This document shows, one piece after another, positions 37,488 through 38,422 of a stretch of 38,422 nucleotides of DNA (within the stretch, counting starts at the first letter, position 1; the number at the start of each line of letters is the position of its first letter). A program made the position numbers and the translations under genes. The notes beneath the pieces were generated by a model. It saw only the letters and a list, made by a program, of their open reading frames with translations. It ran no database searches and had not been told where the DNA came from. Source of the DNA: Octopus bimaculoides (taxonomy: Eukaryota); assembly GCF_001194135.2 (NCBI RefSeq), contig NC_068996.1, forward strand, positions 4,837,046 through 4,875,467. Direction: 5' to 3'.

Positions 37488-37654
37488 GTAAATAATTCCT
37501 GATGAGGTTATAATAAGGCCTACTATGTTGCACATGTCGAAATAATTTAAACAACATTACACAAAAACTATTTTTCCTCACCACTTTTATTAATTTTTTT
37601 GACGCACCATGTATAGATAAGAAAAAGGTAAATCACACCTTAATGATTATACAG

Positions 37655-37848
37655 GTAAAACCTCTTAGTTATCACTACTTCAAAAAGTATGGTAAATGTT
37701 TCGTTGATGAAGTCATAATGATACTGAACGATGAGTGCCAATATTCAGTTGAAAATGTGAGAAAGAACGGGAAGAAGAGTAGAGATAAACAAATAATCTC
37801 TGAATTGCGTGAATCTAAGTATTTATGGAGCGGAACTTATAATTTCCT
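37655..37848 (+). CDS. Candidate internal coding exon B (phase 0-2) of the same gene
   Basis: Acceptor TTATACAG|G and strong donor CT|GTAAGT. 194 bp open: VKPLSYHYFKKYGKCFVDEVIMILNDECQYSVENVRKNGKKSRDKQIISELRESKYLWSGTYNF. In frame with exon A across a 167-bp GT-AG intron. Confidence 0.5.
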
Positions 37849-37863
37849 GTAAGTGAGACTGCC

Positions 37864-38180
37864 TCATGGCCCAGCAGACAAAGAGGAAAAGGCGCTGCCC
37901 CAGAGGATAGCGAGGGAAATGCGCTGGAACAGCCACTCTGACTCACGAGGCTCACACTTATGGGCAGCAATCTCCGTCCCGATAGCAGTGAGCAGGGATA
38001 TGGTCCGGGGACCAAGAACGCCGGAGGCTTGACTCTAAACCTGTTGGAGAGCGACCGATACCATGACAATCTGACGAGCAGCGGAGCCTGGGCTGGTAGC
38101 TGAAAATACCAAATTGCCGCTGAAGAGGGTGTTTCCACATGTGACATCCCTAATGAAGGGCCTACCATAACGGAAAGGGT
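37864..38180 (-). mobile_element. CRE-clade (restriction-like endonuclease) non-LTR retrotransposon 3' remnant
   Basis: Minus strand across frameshifts: PFRYGRPFIRDVTCGNTL...SATSPGSAARQ...YRSLSNRF...GRRL...EPRESEWLFQRISLAILWGSAFS. This matches the CRE C-terminal pattern P..GR...WDxTC...GSAA...GRRL...FLxQRxSxAxxRGNA. Confidence 0.68.
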
Positions 38181-38422
38181 AAATTTCTCACTTCAAGTTG
38201 AATGGATCAAAATAATAATCGTCATTATTTAATATATTTTCGTTTATTCTAGCATAATTATTACCTATTACTATCTAATCGGTAGCAACATAAGAGGTCT
38301 TAGGTCAACAAATTTTGGGGATCTGACGAAACGCTATAAAACTAAACCCTTTATGGAGGGAAAACCTAAGGTAATCCCATAAACCGGCCTTATCTACTTC
38401 AACATATATATATATATATATA

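Overview
Eukaryotic, AT-rich and very microsatellite-dense scaffold sequence with about ten N-gaps, most flanked by simple repeats. The SINE families look like those of octopus/coleoid cephalopods (my recognition, not a database result). There is no prokaryotic content, CRISPR array or intact long ORF, and nearly all ORF-track entries are translations of microsatellites or gaps. Supportable repeat content: a doubly internally deleted Helitron (978-3502, minus strand); two L1/Tx1-like LINE ORF2 3' remnants; CR1-, RTE- and CRE-like LINE fragments; a TA-flanked mariner-derived MITE; at least three tRNA-derived SINE families in about 11 copies; and a dispersed repeat embedded in (AAT)n. The most striking structure is a pair of 264-bp, ~97% identical inverted repeats enclosing a 1.39-kb spacer (16757-18673). 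Two phase-compatible candidate coding exons at 37344-37487 and 37655-37848 suggest that much of the window is intronic sequence of an unidentified plus-strand host gene. I found no convincing new multi-gene system. The best leads are the long inverted-repeat element, the unidentified exons, an 86-bp identical tract shared by two otherwise divergent SINE copies, and potential dsRNA-forming inverted repeats.
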